Program-made: the position numbers and the translations under genes
Shown: positions 40,620 through 50,823 of the stretch, in pieces
Layout of the letters: the number at the start of each line of letters is the position of its first letter
How positions within the stretch are numbered: position 1 is the first letter of the stretch
Assembly: GCA_043822705.1 (NCBI GenBank)
Contig: JBDRBK010000082.1
Coordinates: forward strand, 34,565-98,564
DNA: 64,000 nucleotides
Reading direction: 5' to 3'
Source of the DNA: Fidelibacterota bacterium
GTDB lineage: Bacteria; Fidelibacterota; Marinisomatia; Marinisomatales; TCS56
The notes under the pieces: model-generated
What the model saw: the letters and a program-made list of their open reading frames with translations, nothing else
The model's database searches: none
What the model was told of the DNA's origin: nothing

Positions 40620-42873
40620 TTTCATCATGCGTTACCCGCGGATTATCATCAGCGGCACGATCTTCTTTACGCTGTTATTCCTGTGGAATATACCGGACCT
40701 GAAGTTTGATCCGAGTCTGGAATCGATGATTCCGTCCGATCACCCCACGATCGTAACCCTGGACAAACTGGATGAACTGTTCGGCGGAACCGAGATCGTT
40801 ATCGTTGGTGTGGAGGGTGACAGCATCCTCTGGGAAAAAAGCCTGATAAAATATGCGGCTCTCCACGATTCACTGGAAAACCTGGATCAGTTGGAAAGTA
40901 TCATTTCGCTCTATAATGCTCCCCATATTGCCAGTTCGGCGGATGGTTTTGTAGTTGAGGATGTACTGGAAATCTACCCTGCCACGGTGGAAGAGTTCAT
41001 GGCCCTGCAGGATAAAATCAGGGATAACGAACTGGTATACCTGAACATAGTATCGGCGGATTTTACCGGCATGGCGTTCATGTGCCGGGTCGAGAGCAGT
41101 TTCGGTTATGACGAAAATAAACTGCGCGCGGATGTGGAACGGGTGGTCGATCGATTCCGCGGCGATGATAAAATCTATATTTCCGGACTGCCGATTACCC
41201 GGTCGGTAATGATCGAATTCATGCAGGGCGATATGAAAACATTCATGCCCTACGGCATCGCCTTGATGATCATTCTGCTGGCCCTGAGTTTTCGCAGTTG
41301 GCTGGGTGTTTTCCTGCCGTTGAGTGTCGTGATCATTTCGATCGTCTGGACGTTCGGACTGATGGCCCTGATCAACTATCAACTGCCGTTTATCGGCGTG
41401 CTGGTACCGGTCATGCTGATCGCTATCGCCAATGACTACGGCATACATATAATTGCGCATTACTACGAGTACGTTCATGCTGATCCGACCGGCCCCAAAC
41501 TGGAAATGATCAAGAAAACGATCAAACGCCTGAGCGGTCCGATCCTGCTGGCGGGCATCACCACGGTAATTGGCTTCCTGAGTCTGCTGGGTCATGTTTT
41601 ACCGAAGATCAGGGAATTTGGCCTGTTCCTGTCCTATGGCATCACCATGGCGTTCTTTTTCAGTATTTTCCTGATATCGGCCGCCCTGAGCGTCGCTCGC
41701 CAGCCGCGCTTTCTGGAAAAAGCCGGCAGCATGGAGCGGATGAACAAATTTCTTCACGGCTGGGGCGCCTTTTTCATCCGCTTTCGCCAGCCCTTTATTT
41801 TGATTATGATTGCAGTGATGCTGATCATCGGTATCGGCATCGAGAGCGTCGTCGTGGATGCCAACCCGGACAAATATTTCCGGCCCAATTCCCACCTGCG
41901 GAAGAACAACGATGCCATCACCCGCCTGTTTGGCGGATCGACTCAGCTGCTGGTACTGATCAATGGTGATATCAAGGACCCGGAAACATTGGGGAAAATC
42001 GATCAACTGGCCACGCATCTGAAAAAGCATCCCCTGGTTTCCAACGTGTTTTCCGTTGTCGATCAGATCAAGAGCATGAATTCGGCTTTTCATGAGGGTT
42101 CGGAGGAATATGAGGTAATCCCGGACGATCGCAACCTGATCGCCCAGTACCTGTTCCTGTACGGGATGACCGGCAACGCCGACGATATCGAGCGTTTCAT
42201 GGACGACATCGATGAACCGCAGCATGCCCTGATGATCGCCCGGCTGAAAGAAATCAATACCAGCAAGGTCGTTGAAATGACCGAGGATACGGAACAATAT
42301 ATCAAGGTCAATTTCGGTGATGAACTGCCGATGGAAATCTCCGGCCCGGTTTCACTGATCAGCAGTCTGGCGAAGATGATCGTCCGGGGACAGATAATCA
42401 GTTTGACGGTCTCGGTGGTGATAATTTTTATCCTGATGAGTTTCGTTTTCCGGTCATTGGTCGGCGGATTTTTAGCGATAATCCCCCTGTCATCATCGAT
42501 AATTCTGGTTTTCGGCCTGATGGGTTACCTGGGAATTGAACTAAATCTTGCCACCGCCATGCTCTCCAGCATCATGATCGGCGTGGGTGTGGACTACACC
42601 GTTCATTTCCTCTGGCACCTGCGGGATCACATCCGTGAAGGAGAAGACCTGCAGTCGGCGATTTTTACAACCCTGCGGATTTCCGGTAAGGGCATTATCT
42701 TCAATGCGCTGTCGGTCGTCATCGGCTTCACAGTCCTGACGCTTTCGGCTTTCATGCCGGTATATTTCTTCGGTTTTCTGATCGTACTGTCAATTTCCAT
42801 GTGTCTGTTCGGGGCGCTGGCGATCCTGCCGGCCCTGATCAGTTGGATGAACCCCAAATTTTTATACAAATGA
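40603..42873 (+). CDS. MMPL/RND-family transporter
   Basis: Two repeats of periplasmic loop + TMs; IANDYGIH and GVGVDYTVH motifs. Confidence 0.92.
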   Translation: MSNLFNFIMRYPRIIISGTIFFTLLFLWNIPDLKFDPSLESMIPSDHPTIVTLDKLDELFGGTEIVIVGVEGDSILWEKSLIKYAALHDSLENLDQLESIISLYNAPHIASSADGFVVEDVLEIYPATVEEFMALQDKIRDNELVYLNIVSADFTGMAFMCRVESSFGYDENKLRADVERVVDRFRGDDKIYISGLPITRSVMIEFMQGDMKTFMPYGIALMIILLALSFRSWLGVFLPLSVVIISIVWTFGLMALINYQLPFIGVLVPVMLIAIANDYGIHIIAHYYEYVHADPTGPKLEMIKKTIKRLSGPILLAGITTVIGFLSLLGHVLPKIREFGLFLSYGITMAFFFSIFLISAALSVARQPRFLEKAGSMERMNKFLHGWGAFFIRFRQPFILIMIAVMLIIGIGIESVVVDANPDKYFRPNSHLRKNNDAITRLFGGSTQLLVLINGDIKDPETLGKIDQLATHLKKHPLVSNVFSVVDQIKSMNSAFHEGSEEYEVIPDDRNLIAQYLFLYGMTGNADDIERFMDDIDEPQHALMIARLKEINTSKVVEMTEDTEQYIKVNFGDELPMEISGPVSLISSLAKMIVRGQIISLTVSVVIIFILMSFVFRSLVGGFLAIIPLSSSIILVFGLMGYLGIELNLATAMLSSIMIGVGVDYTVHFLWHLRDHIREGEDLQSAIFTTLRISGKGIIFNALSVVIGFTVLTLSAFMPVYFFGFLIVLSISMCLFGALAILPALISWMNPKFLYK

Positions 42874-42881
42874 GGCTCCCT

Positions 42882-43199
42882 ATGAAAACCGATAAGGCCG
42901 TAAGCCGCGTATTGATGTTGTTCAGTGCGCTGATCCTGATCTACTGGCTGATATCCGCCGGAATCTGGCTCTGGGACTGGTACGCCGGGTCCGGTGGCTA
43001 CTCCGCCAACTGGTGGCCGGCGGTAGGTCAGTTTTTGCTGGATAATCTGAGTATTGTCGTAGCCGTCTACGCCATCATCTGCCTGCAGGTGTCGGGCCTG
43101 GCTGAATTGAAATTCAACAAGAATTTTTTAAAGGCGTTGGGACTGGCGCTAGTATTGACGCCGCCGGTCATGATGATTGTCTACGGGCATCGCGAATAG
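42882..43199 (+). CDS. Hypothetical small membrane protein
   Basis: Three hydrophobic segments, in operon; GAGG RBS. Confidence 0.65.
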   Translation: MKTDKAVSRVLMLFSALILIYWLISAGIWLWDWYAGSGGYSANWWPAVGQFLLDNLSIVVAVYAIICLQVSGLAELKFNKNFLKALGLALVLTPPVMMIVYGHRE

Positions 43200-43213
43200 A
43201 ACTGGAGGACAGA

Positions 43214-43996
43214 ATGTATCGGAAATTTATCATTATCATTGGATTAATCTCAGCTCAAGTTTTTGGGCAAATGACTGCGCGGGAAATCATGCTGCGGGTG
43301 GATAATCAACCGGAGCCGAAATCGATGATTGCGACCACCCAGATGACACTGGTCACAGTCAAGCGCGGGACGGTCAAGGAACGTGTCCGCGAGATTACCC
43401 GCCACCAGCGGAATTATACGTCCGGGGAATTTGCCAGCAAATCACTGATCCGGTTTCAGCAGCCGGCCGACGTCAAGGGGACCGGCTTCCTGATGTGGGA
43501 GTACAACGACGACCGCGATGACGACCAGTGGCTGTTCCTGCCGGCCCTGGGCAAGGTGAAACGGATCGTCGCCCGCGAAAAAGGTGAAAATTTCATGGGC
43601 AGCGATTTCACTTACGAAGACATGAGCGGCCGGGACATCGAAGATGATCATTTCACCCTGTTAGGCGAGGAAAAGCTGGGCGCGGTTGATTGTTACAAAA
43701 TCGAAGCGGTACCGATCACCGGCGAAACTTCCTATCGTCGGCGCGTCACCTGGATCGACAAGGAAAAATGGCTGGCTATCCGGGTTGAATTCTACGATCA
43801 GAAGCAGAATAACCTGCTGAAGGTACTGACGATCGATGAATTGCGTAAGAACGGTCCCTATTGGACGGTGCTGAAAATGCGGATGGAAAATGTCCAGACC
43901 GAGCATAAAACACTAATGGATATCTCTGATGTCCAGTACGACACGGGAATCCGCGACGATTTTTTCACCGAACGTTTTTTAATGCGTGTTGATTGA
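43214..43996 (+). CDS. Outer-membrane lipoprotein-sorting (LolA-like) protein
   Basis: F..PADVKGTGFL, DDQWLFLPALGKVKRI, FMGSDFTYEDM. Confidence 0.92.
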   Translation: MYRKFIIIIGLISAQVFGQMTAREIMLRVDNQPEPKSMIATTQMTLVTVKRGTVKERVREITRHQRNYTSGEFASKSLIRFQQPADVKGTGFLMWEYNDDRDDDQWLFLPALGKVKRIVAREKGENFMGSDFTYEDMSGRDIEDDHFTLLGEEKLGAVDCYKIEAVPITGETSYRRRVTWIDKEKWLAIRVEFYDQKQNNLLKVLTIDELRKNGPYWTVLKMRMENVQTEHKTLMDISDVQYDTGIRDDFFTERFLMRVD

Positions 43997-45345
43997 TGCG
44001 GAAATTCCCGTTTTTCCTGCTGCTGTTAACGGTCGGATCGCTGGCGGCCCAGCCGCGTTTTAACGGTTTTCTACAGAACTGGACGGCCTACAATTTGAAC
44101 GATGACAAGGCGGTATTCCTACTGCGCAACCGGTTCCGGTTGAATACGACCCTGCCCGGTGACTGGGTCCGGGGCTATGCCAGCCTCGATTTCAACGATG
44201 AGCGCCAGACCGCCGAACCCTACCGGGAATTCAATTTGCGGGAATTGTATTTCGATCTGTTTTTTGAACGGTTCGACCTGCGGATCGGCAAGCAGCAGGT
44301 GATCTGGGGCAAGGCCGACGGCGTTTTTATCAACGACATTGTCAATCCGCTGGACCTGCGCTATTTCCTGATGCAGGATTTCGATGATATCCGCCAGGGA
44401 TCGCTGATGATCAAGGGCCGGGCTTTTGCCGGCAATTGGGGAGTGGAGTGTCTGTTCATCCCCAAATTTGAGCCGTGGAAATTCGCCGAGGCGGGTAGTC
44501 CCTGGGAATTTTACCGGCCGGCCCAGATGCTGGTGCCGTTCGAACCGCAACCCGGTACACAGATGACCCTGCCGGTTGCATTTCAGTGGGGAGCGGCGCA
44601 GCTGCCCGAGGCGACCGGAGGCAACGGCGAATTGGGCATCAAAATATCGGGATTCGCCCTTGGTACCGATATCAGTTTATTGTATCTCAATTCATATCAG
44701 GATAATCCGGTCGCCAACATTGATTCGATCAATATGCAGATTGATTTCATCGGTGGCAATCCCGTACCGCAGGGTGGGGACCTGTATCTGACACCGTATT
44801 ATCGGCGTACTACGATGTACGGTTTCAATTTTTCCCGTCCGATCGGCGGTCTGATAATCCGCGGTGAAGTCGGCTTTTTTGATGATTATAATTTTAACCT
44901 GCAGCCGGCTTTTTCGCTGGACCTGTTGGCCTTGATTCTGTCAGGGAATCCCCCGGTTTTTGATAATCTGGTGACATCCGATTATTTGCAGGCCATGGTC
45001 GGCGTCGATGTTAGCGGTCCCTGGGGCAGCAGTCTTTCCGGGCAGTACATACGCAAACAGGTGCTGGATTACGATCCGGCCATGCTCAATAGCGCTGAAA
45101 CTGAAGAATGGCTGACGCTGATGATCTCCGGTACATTCTGGAACGAAGAGGCCAGCCTGCGCTGGCTGACCCTGTATGATAAAAATACCGAGTCGGGATT
45201 GAGCCGACTGACTTTCGGCTACAAACTAGCCGACGCAGTTCTGCTGGAGACTGGGATCGACATCCTCTGGGGCGAACAGGACAGTTTTATCGGTCAATTT
45301 TCCGGTAACGATAACGCCTATCTCAAGTTGATCTATTCATTTTAA
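43996..45345 (+). CDS. DUF1302-like outer-membrane protein
   Basis: LRELYFD..DLRIGKQQVIWGKADG..DIVNPLD; ends YLKLIYSF. Confidence 0.8.
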   Translation: MRKFPFFLLLLTVGSLAAQPRFNGFLQNWTAYNLNDDKAVFLLRNRFRLNTTLPGDWVRGYASLDFNDERQTAEPYREFNLRELYFDLFFERFDLRIGKQQVIWGKADGVFINDIVNPLDLRYFLMQDFDDIRQGSLMIKGRAFAGNWGVECLFIPKFEPWKFAEAGSPWEFYRPAQMLVPFEPQPGTQMTLPVAFQWGAAQLPEATGGNGELGIKISGFALGTDISLLYLNSYQDNPVANIDSINMQIDFIGGNPVPQGGDLYLTPYYRRTTMYGFNFSRPIGGLIIRGEVGFFDDYNFNLQPAFSLDLLALILSGNPPVFDNLVTSDYLQAMVGVDVSGPWGSSLSGQYIRKQVLDYDPAMLNSAETEEWLTLMISGTFWNEEASLRWLTLYDKNTESGLSRLTFGYKLADAVLLETGIDILWGEQDSFIGQFSGNDNAYLKLIYSF

Positions 45346-45503
45346 CCGGAATTCTGACGCCCATATAATGGTTCGGGACTACAAATCCTTGATAGCCGTA
45401 CCGTTATTGAATTAACTTCGACGCGTCCACGAACCTTGCTACGGTGCGTCCAGGTCACAGCGGATTCACCGTATCTTAACTTCTTTGTGCTACGGGGTAG
45501 ACC

Positions 45504-46007
45504 ATGAAAAAAATGACCGAGAATGCCTTGAAGGACGCCTTTGCCGGCGAATCGATGGCCCATATGAAATACCTGGCTTTCAGTGAAATTGCCGCGAAAG
45601 ACGGCTTTCCCCGACTGGCCAATCTGTTTAAAGCAATCGCTTATGCCGAACAGGTGCACGCCCACAACCATGCCCGTGCCCTGGGACTGATCGGCCCAAC
45701 CGCCGAAAATATCAAGGCCGGGATCGCCGGGGAGGCATTTGAGGTCGAGGAAATGTACCCGGCCTATGACGCCATCGCCCGGCTGCAGGGTGAAAAACGG
45801 GCTGAGCGGGCAATATTCTATGCGATTGAGGCGGAGAAAATCCACAAGGATATGTACCAGGCCGCCCTGGAAAAAATTCAGGCTGGGGGTGATATCGATG
45901 AGGCGGAAGTATATGTCTGCCCGGTATGCGGACACACCCATTATGGCCGTCCGAGCGAGAAATGTCCGATCTGCAATCTGCCGCCGGAAAAATACCGCAA
46001 GTTTTAA
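45504..46007 (+). CDS. rbr: Rubrerythrin
   Basis: AFAGESMA, EQVHA, EMYP, EKIH, CPVCGH..CPIC rubredoxin site. Confidence 0.95.
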   Translation: MKKMTENALKDAFAGESMAHMKYLAFSEIAAKDGFPRLANLFKAIAYAEQVHAHNHARALGLIGPTAENIKAGIAGEAFEVEEMYPAYDAIARLQGEKRAERAIFYAIEAEKIHKDMYQAALEKIQAGGDIDEAEVYVCPVCGHTHYGRPSEKCPICNLPPEKYRKF

Positions 46008-46026
46008 ACAAGAAAGGAGACTAACC

Positions 46027-46524
46027 ATGTTTGCCAAGAGTATTGAGTTATTGAATAAGGCTGTAGCCGACGAATTATCGGCGGTACACCAGTACATGTA
46101 TTTTCATTTTCATTGCGATGACCAGGGCTATGACCTGTTGTCAGCCCTGTTCAAGCGCACCGCCATGGATGAAATGCTCCATGTCGAGCGGCTGTCGGAA
46201 CGTATCCTGTTTCTGAAGGGCGATGTGGAAATGCAGGCCGCCGATAAAGTTCAGAAAATCCATGATGTTAAAAAAATGCTGGAGCTGGCCGTAGCCAGCG
46301 AGATAGACGCGATCAAGGTCTACAATCAGGCTGCCAATGAATGTTCCGCCAACGCCGATTCCAATTCCAAGAAATTGTTCGAGGAACTGGTCAATGACGA
46401 GGAGCGGCATTTCGACCAGTTTGACACGGAGATGGAGAACCTGGCCAAATTCGGTGATCGCTACCTGGTGTTGCAGTCAATCGAGCGCAGTAAAACTATT
46501 GCGGCGGGCGGTACTGTCGTATAA
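46027..46524 (+). CDS. bfr: Bacterioferritin
   Basis: ELSAVHQY, DEMLH..ERILFLKG (heme Met retained), EERH; RBS AAGGAG. Confidence 0.92.
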   Translation: MFAKSIELLNKAVADELSAVHQYMYFHFHCDDQGYDLLSALFKRTAMDEMLHVERLSERILFLKGDVEMQAADKVQKIHDVKKMLELAVASEIDAIKVYNQAANECSANADSNSKKLFEELVNDEERHFDQFDTEMENLAKFGDRYLVLQSIERSKTIAAGGTVV

Positions 46525-46548
46525 AGGGAAAATATACGCCAATGTCAG

Positions 46549-46577
46549 CGGCCGGTTGATTCAATCGGCCGTTTTAT
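46549..46577. terminator. Probable terminator between convergent genes
   Basis: CGGCCGGTTG-ATT-CAATCGGCCG followed by TTTTATTT. Confidence 0.7.
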
Positions 46578-47060
46578 TTAGGGTCGGTACAAACCAATCA
46601 GTTGGCATTCGTTCAGGTGCGGCCAGTGCCGGATCCGGATGGCGGCGGCCGTCGCCGGATCGAAACCATGATTGAAATTCGGTACCAGGGTCGCTACCGT
46701 CCGGGTGATGGAGGGATTATGGCCGACCAGGTACAGGGTCAGTTCCGGAATCGAGTATTTTTCCACTAGATTGATTACCGTTTCGGCGGCATCGTTATAG
46801 AGCAGCGGTTCGGACCGGATTTTTCCGGTAAACCCGGTTTCCCGGCTGAACAGGGCGGCCGTTTCGGCGGCACGGCGGGCCGGACTGGTGACAATCAGAT
46901 CCGGTTTGAGTCCGGCGGCAACCAGGTCGGCAGCCACCGTGCCGATGTCGAATTTAGCCCCTACTGCCAGCGGCCGGGAAAAATCAGTGCCATCAGGACC
47001 GAATCCGGCCGCTTCCCCGTGCCGGATCAGTACGATCGTAGCCGAATTTTCAGTCGTCAA
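46578..47060 (-). CDS. SixA-like histidine phosphatase
   Basis: LIRHG, SPARRA.ETA, LVGHNP. Confidence 0.88.
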   Translation of the reverse strand: MTTENSATIVLIRHGEAAGFGPDGTDFSRPLAVGAKFDIGTVAADLVAAGLKPDLIVTSPARRAAETAALFSRETGFTGKIRSEPLLYNDAAETVINLVEKYSIPELTLYLVGHNPSITRTVATLVPNFNHGFDPATAAAIRIRHWPHLNECQLIGLYRP

Positions 47061-47736
47061 TTTTATAACCGATCAGATCAAACGGATTGACCAGGACGGA
47101 TGTGATATTTTTCAGATGAGCGCCCACCCGTTTCAGGTAGCGGGCGTACAGGGCTACTACGGCGGTCAGGGTTTCGTCGCCAAATTTGGTCTTGCCGGTA
47201 AGGATGCTGTTGACCAGTTTATCGGAAGCGTCGTTCACCATGTTCTGGTAAGTCGCCTGCAGGGCCTTGGCCTGACCGGAATCCTGGCTCTTTACCGCCG
47301 TCAGGGTGGCCTCAAACCGGCTCATTATTTCCTGTTCAATGGCCGTTAGTTTGGGCGAAATTTCTTCCGAGATCAGTTTACCGGGGTGATAAATCGCCAG
47401 ATCCAGGATGTTCTTATTATAATCACCTAATCGTTCGATATCCACCACCACGTTTATCAGTACCAGTCCGCTGACCAGATCGACGTTCTCGGTTTTGAGG
47501 GCGTAATGGGTCATCACCTTGCGCCGGACGTCCTTCTGGTAATTATTGATTTCGATATCGCGTGCTTTTAATGCCTTGACTACTTCCAGGTCGCAACCCT
47601 CCCGCAATATTGTGATTGCCTGGGTAAACATTTCATAGGACAGGTCCAGCATGTCGTAACTTTGCTGCCAGGCTTGGGATAACAGATCTTCCTGGTGCCA
47701 GAGTTTTAATAAATCTTTAAATACGTTCATAGTCAC
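47050..47736 (-). CDS. PhoU-domain protein
   Basis: D.EIN..DVRR, DIERLGDYNKNI, RYLKRVGAHLKNI. Confidence 0.85.
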   Translation of the reverse strand: MTMNVFKDLLKLWHQEDLLSQAWQQSYDMLDLSYEMFTQAITILREGCDLEVVKALKARDIEINNYQKDVRRKVMTHYALKTENVDLVSGLVLINVVVDIERLGDYNKNILDLAIYHPGKLISEEISPKLTAIEQEIMSRFEATLTAVKSQDSGQAKALQATYQNMVNDASDKLVNSILTGKTKFGDETLTAVVALYARYLKRVGAHLKNITSVLVNPFDLIGYKIDD

Positions 47737-48875
47737 CTCGCAATGAAAATTAAACTGATTGGGATGAGGAAGAACACAATTACGATGTACAGCACGGGAA
47801 AAATCCGGTTCCGGATCGCCAGTGCCGCCAGCGTCTCGGCCATTTTAATAGGGATATTTCTGATCGCCGGTATCGGCCAGATTACCAGAATTCCAAAAAC
47901 ATTAAACAACAGATGCGCAAACGCCACCGCTACCGGCGCCACTGAAGCCGCCACCAGACTGGCCAGAATGGCGGTTATCGTGGTACCGATATTCGCTCCC
48001 AGGGTATAGGGAAAGATCTGACGCAGTGTCAGGATGCTAGCGCCGGCCAACGGTACTACCAGCGAAGTCGTGATCGAGCTGCTCTGGACCAGCATGGTGA
48101 TGATAACGCCGAAAGCCATGGCACGCATCCAAGTCTTGAAAATGTGCGTATCGAAAAAGGCTTCCAGTCTGGCGATCACCAAGCTGCGGATGGCGACAGT
48201 GAGGTATTTGAGTGCCAGGAACAACATTACCAGCGCTGTAATCAGTACCAACCAATAGGGATTGATCAGCTCCTGCATTTTGTATAATTCGTTGATTGCG
48301 TGCACGGTGGGCTGCGTAATGATTTTTATCGGGCTGTTGAAAGTCACCGTGTTGGTGCCGATGAACCGTTCCGCTAGCCAGTAGGCGCTATTACCGATAA
48401 AATTGGTTTTTAATTGGATCGGAAACAGCACGATTACTGAAAATACATTGAAGAAATCGTGAATGATCGAGGCGGCAAAAGCCCGTTCGAATTCTTTTTT
48501 GTGGACGATATGACCCAATGCCACAATCGTGTTAGTGATGCTGGTTCCGATATTGGCACCCATGATGTAGGGAATCGCGGTTGCCAGGGCTATGCGGGGA
48601 TCGTCGCCAAAGGTACCAGCCGCCACCATGCCTACGACCAGGGACGTTGTAGTCGACGAACTCTGTATAATGCTGGTCGCCAGAATTCCGATGAACAGAC
48701 CCACCAGGGGACCGGCCGAAGTACGGATCAATTGTTCGGCAAATTCTTTCCCGAGTCCCTTGAAAGCGCTGCCGATCAGTCCGATGCTGACCAGAAAAAA
48801 ATACAGCAGGGCCAAAATCGCCAGAACTTTCAGGTACGATTTCCAGGCTGGCACTGGCGGTGGTTTGTTGACCAT
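47733..48875 (-). CDS. Na+/Pi cotransporter (NptA/SLC34 family)
   Basis: Duplicated QSSS and GANIGT motifs. Confidence 0.93.
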   Translation of the reverse strand: MVNKPPPVPAWKSYLKVLAILALLYFFLVSIGLIGSAFKGLGKEFAEQLIRTSAGPLVGLFIGILATSIIQSSSTTTSLVVGMVAAGTFGDDPRIALATAIPYIMGANIGTSITNTIVALGHIVHKKEFERAFAASIIHDFFNVFSVIVLFPIQLKTNFIGNSAYWLAERFIGTNTVTFNSPIKIITQPTVHAINELYKMQELINPYWLVLITALVMLFLALKYLTVAIRSLVIARLEAFFDTHIFKTWMRAMAFGVIITMLVQSSSITTSLVVPLAGASILTLRQIFPYTLGANIGTTITAILASLVAASVAPVAVAFAHLLFNVFGILVIWPIPAIRNIPIKMAETLAALAIRNRIFPVLYIVIVFFLIPISLIFIAR

Positions 48876-49011
48876 CTATTTTTCCTATCGAAAATGGGCA
48901 GGAATTTAACCTTTTATTGAATTAACTTGCTTTGAAAAGTGTCGCTTGATCGTATTTGTTGCCGGTACAGGTTTGGGGGCGACTAATAAAAGAAATTCGC
49001 ACCATCAAGGG

Positions 49012-50631
49012 TTACCATTCTTTGTGGAAAGCACTTTCAAGGTTACGGCGTGTGATTTTCCGCGTCAACAGTGAGAATCTAAAAACAATACCGATGTCAA
49101 GCACTTGACTATCCAACTCATCCTTAAGTGCCACAACTTCACCGGTTGCCAATCTAAGTGCGACCGAAGAGTTTATATGGATATCTGCACCGACCATAGT
49201 CTGGGTTATCGCTCCGCCGCCCAAAGTCAGGTGACCACCACCGGCAGCGCCCACCAATATTTCGCCAAACAGGTTGATCCGCTCATCCAAAAGCGGACGA
49301 TGCTGCAAACCGGTGCCCACCAGCCCGACGGCCAGACCGCCTACATGCTCGCCGGAATAGGCAAATAATCCCTGGCCGGTAAGATACAGGTAATGATTGA
49401 CCAGACGGTCGATTTTCACACCTACCAGATGGACATCATCCGATTTCATGGTAATCTTTCTTTGAGGTTTATCATACACCTGGTCGGATAACCGGACCGA
49501 CCAGCCACTGAATTTGAACATTGGCGAGGTGCTGACGGTGGTTGCTTTTTGCGTACCCAGGCCCAAATCTATCCGGTACCCTAATTGGGCGGTAAAACTG
49601 GCAGCACGCAGATTTCCGTCGGGGGATGATATAAATCCGCCGGAAAATTGCAGCCGCAGCAGAGGGCCGAGCCGAATTTTCAGTCCGCCGTCCAATCCCG
49701 CCAGGAAACCACCGCCGGTTTCGACGTGTCCACCGCCGCCCAGGCCCAGGTTGAGACGGGCCGTCAGGGCGATCAGATGGAACAGATAATCTGACTGGTA
49801 ACCAAAACCGCCGATAATATCCATGTAGCCGTGATGTATCCCGCTGTAGGCTCCGGCCAGTTTCAGTCGGAGGAAGTAATGGTCGTTGAATGACCTGCTG
49901 ATCTCAAATCCCAACAGCCGAAGTATGCCGTCCTGGGGTAAGCCGGAAATATCGAGGGTTCCTTGGCGCTGAAAATAATTCTGTTGGACCAAGGCCAGGG
50001 TAAATTGTTGGAAACCCAGTGGCGGCCTGCCATTTAAATTTACCAGAGACAGTCGCGGTACTTCGGCGTTCATATAATTCGGGCTGGCCAGAGTGACACC
50101 GATCGGTATTTCCAGTGACAGGCCGATTTGCCGACCGTGAATTTCACTGTCGGGGAAAGCGATATCGCTATAATGGATACCACCGCCAACTTTGCCAGAG
50201 ATGTAACTAAATCCATAATAATAGCGGGTCATTAAGCCATCGCCGGTACCCACCTTGCCTCCTCCGCCACCAAAGTAATATCCAGCCCTGAAACGCCAGT
50301 GCTGGTGAATGTGCAGGTTGATGCCGGCTTCAATACCCAGAGTAAATAATCCACCCTGATTGCCGGTGAGCCCGCCAAAAATGCCGGCACCGGAGTACAG
50401 GGCTAATGGTAGTTCTACGGTATAGAGCAGCCCCAGCAGTCCCATTGGTTCGTCATTGGCTGGCATACTGATTTGATCGTAGGTGAACAGATGCTGCGAA
50501 GCTATGCGAAATAAATCATAGCGTTGGTCGGTACCGTTTCCGCTGGAATCCGCTGCCGCTACCGGTGTAAGCCAAGTAGTCGCTGCGATCAGCATGATCG
50601 ACATGAATTTAGTTGTTAATTTGGCCGGCAT
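49012..50631 (-). CDS. Hypothetical Gly-rich outer-membrane protein with three internal repeats
   Basis: Signal peptide after MPAKL/MSIML; amphipathic strands; GGGG-containing repeats; start uncertain. Confidence 0.7.
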   Translation of the reverse strand: MPAKLTTKFMSIMLIAATTWLTPVAAADSSGNGTDQRYDLFRIASQHLFTYDQISMPANDEPMGLLGLLYTVELPLALYSGAGIFGGLTGNQGGLFTLGIEAGINLHIHQHWRFRAGYYFGGGGGKVGTGDGLMTRYYYGFSYISGKVGGGIHYSDIAFPDSEIHGRQIGLSLEIPIGVTLASPNYMNAEVPRLSLVNLNGRPPLGFQQFTLALVQQNYFQRQGTLDISGLPQDGILRLLGFEISRSFNDHYFLRLKLAGAYSGIHHGYMDIIGGFGYQSDYLFHLIALTARLNLGLGGGGHVETGGGFLAGLDGGLKIRLGPLLRLQFSGGFISSPDGNLRAASFTAQLGYRIDLGLGTQKATTVSTSPMFKFSGWSVRLSDQVYDKPQRKITMKSDDVHLVGVKIDRLVNHYLYLTGQGLFAYSGEHVGGLAVGLVGTGLQHRPLLDERINLFGEILVGAAGGGHLTLGGGAITQTMVGADIHINSSVALRLATGEVVALKDELDSQVLDIGIVFRFSLLTRKITRRNLESAFHKEW

Positions 50632-50823
50632 CCGGGATCGTGAATCGAATATTTCACGAGCGAAATTAGGCAGTTGTTTGAACAGGGGTAGCATTAAATT
50701 GCTTTCAATCCTGGTGTGGCGAGTCATTGTGCAGGTTAACCCGGTGATTAATAAGTGGTTTTTATCAACCGGCCCGATCACTAACTTCGGCAATCAGATT
50801 AGAAAATAAATAGGGCTCTAAAT

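Noticed and set aside
45346..45503. Riboswitch/ncRNA upstream of rubrerythrin (TACGGTG...CACCGTA hairpin at 45440-45473)
   Set aside because: A single modest hairpin with no recognisable family motif
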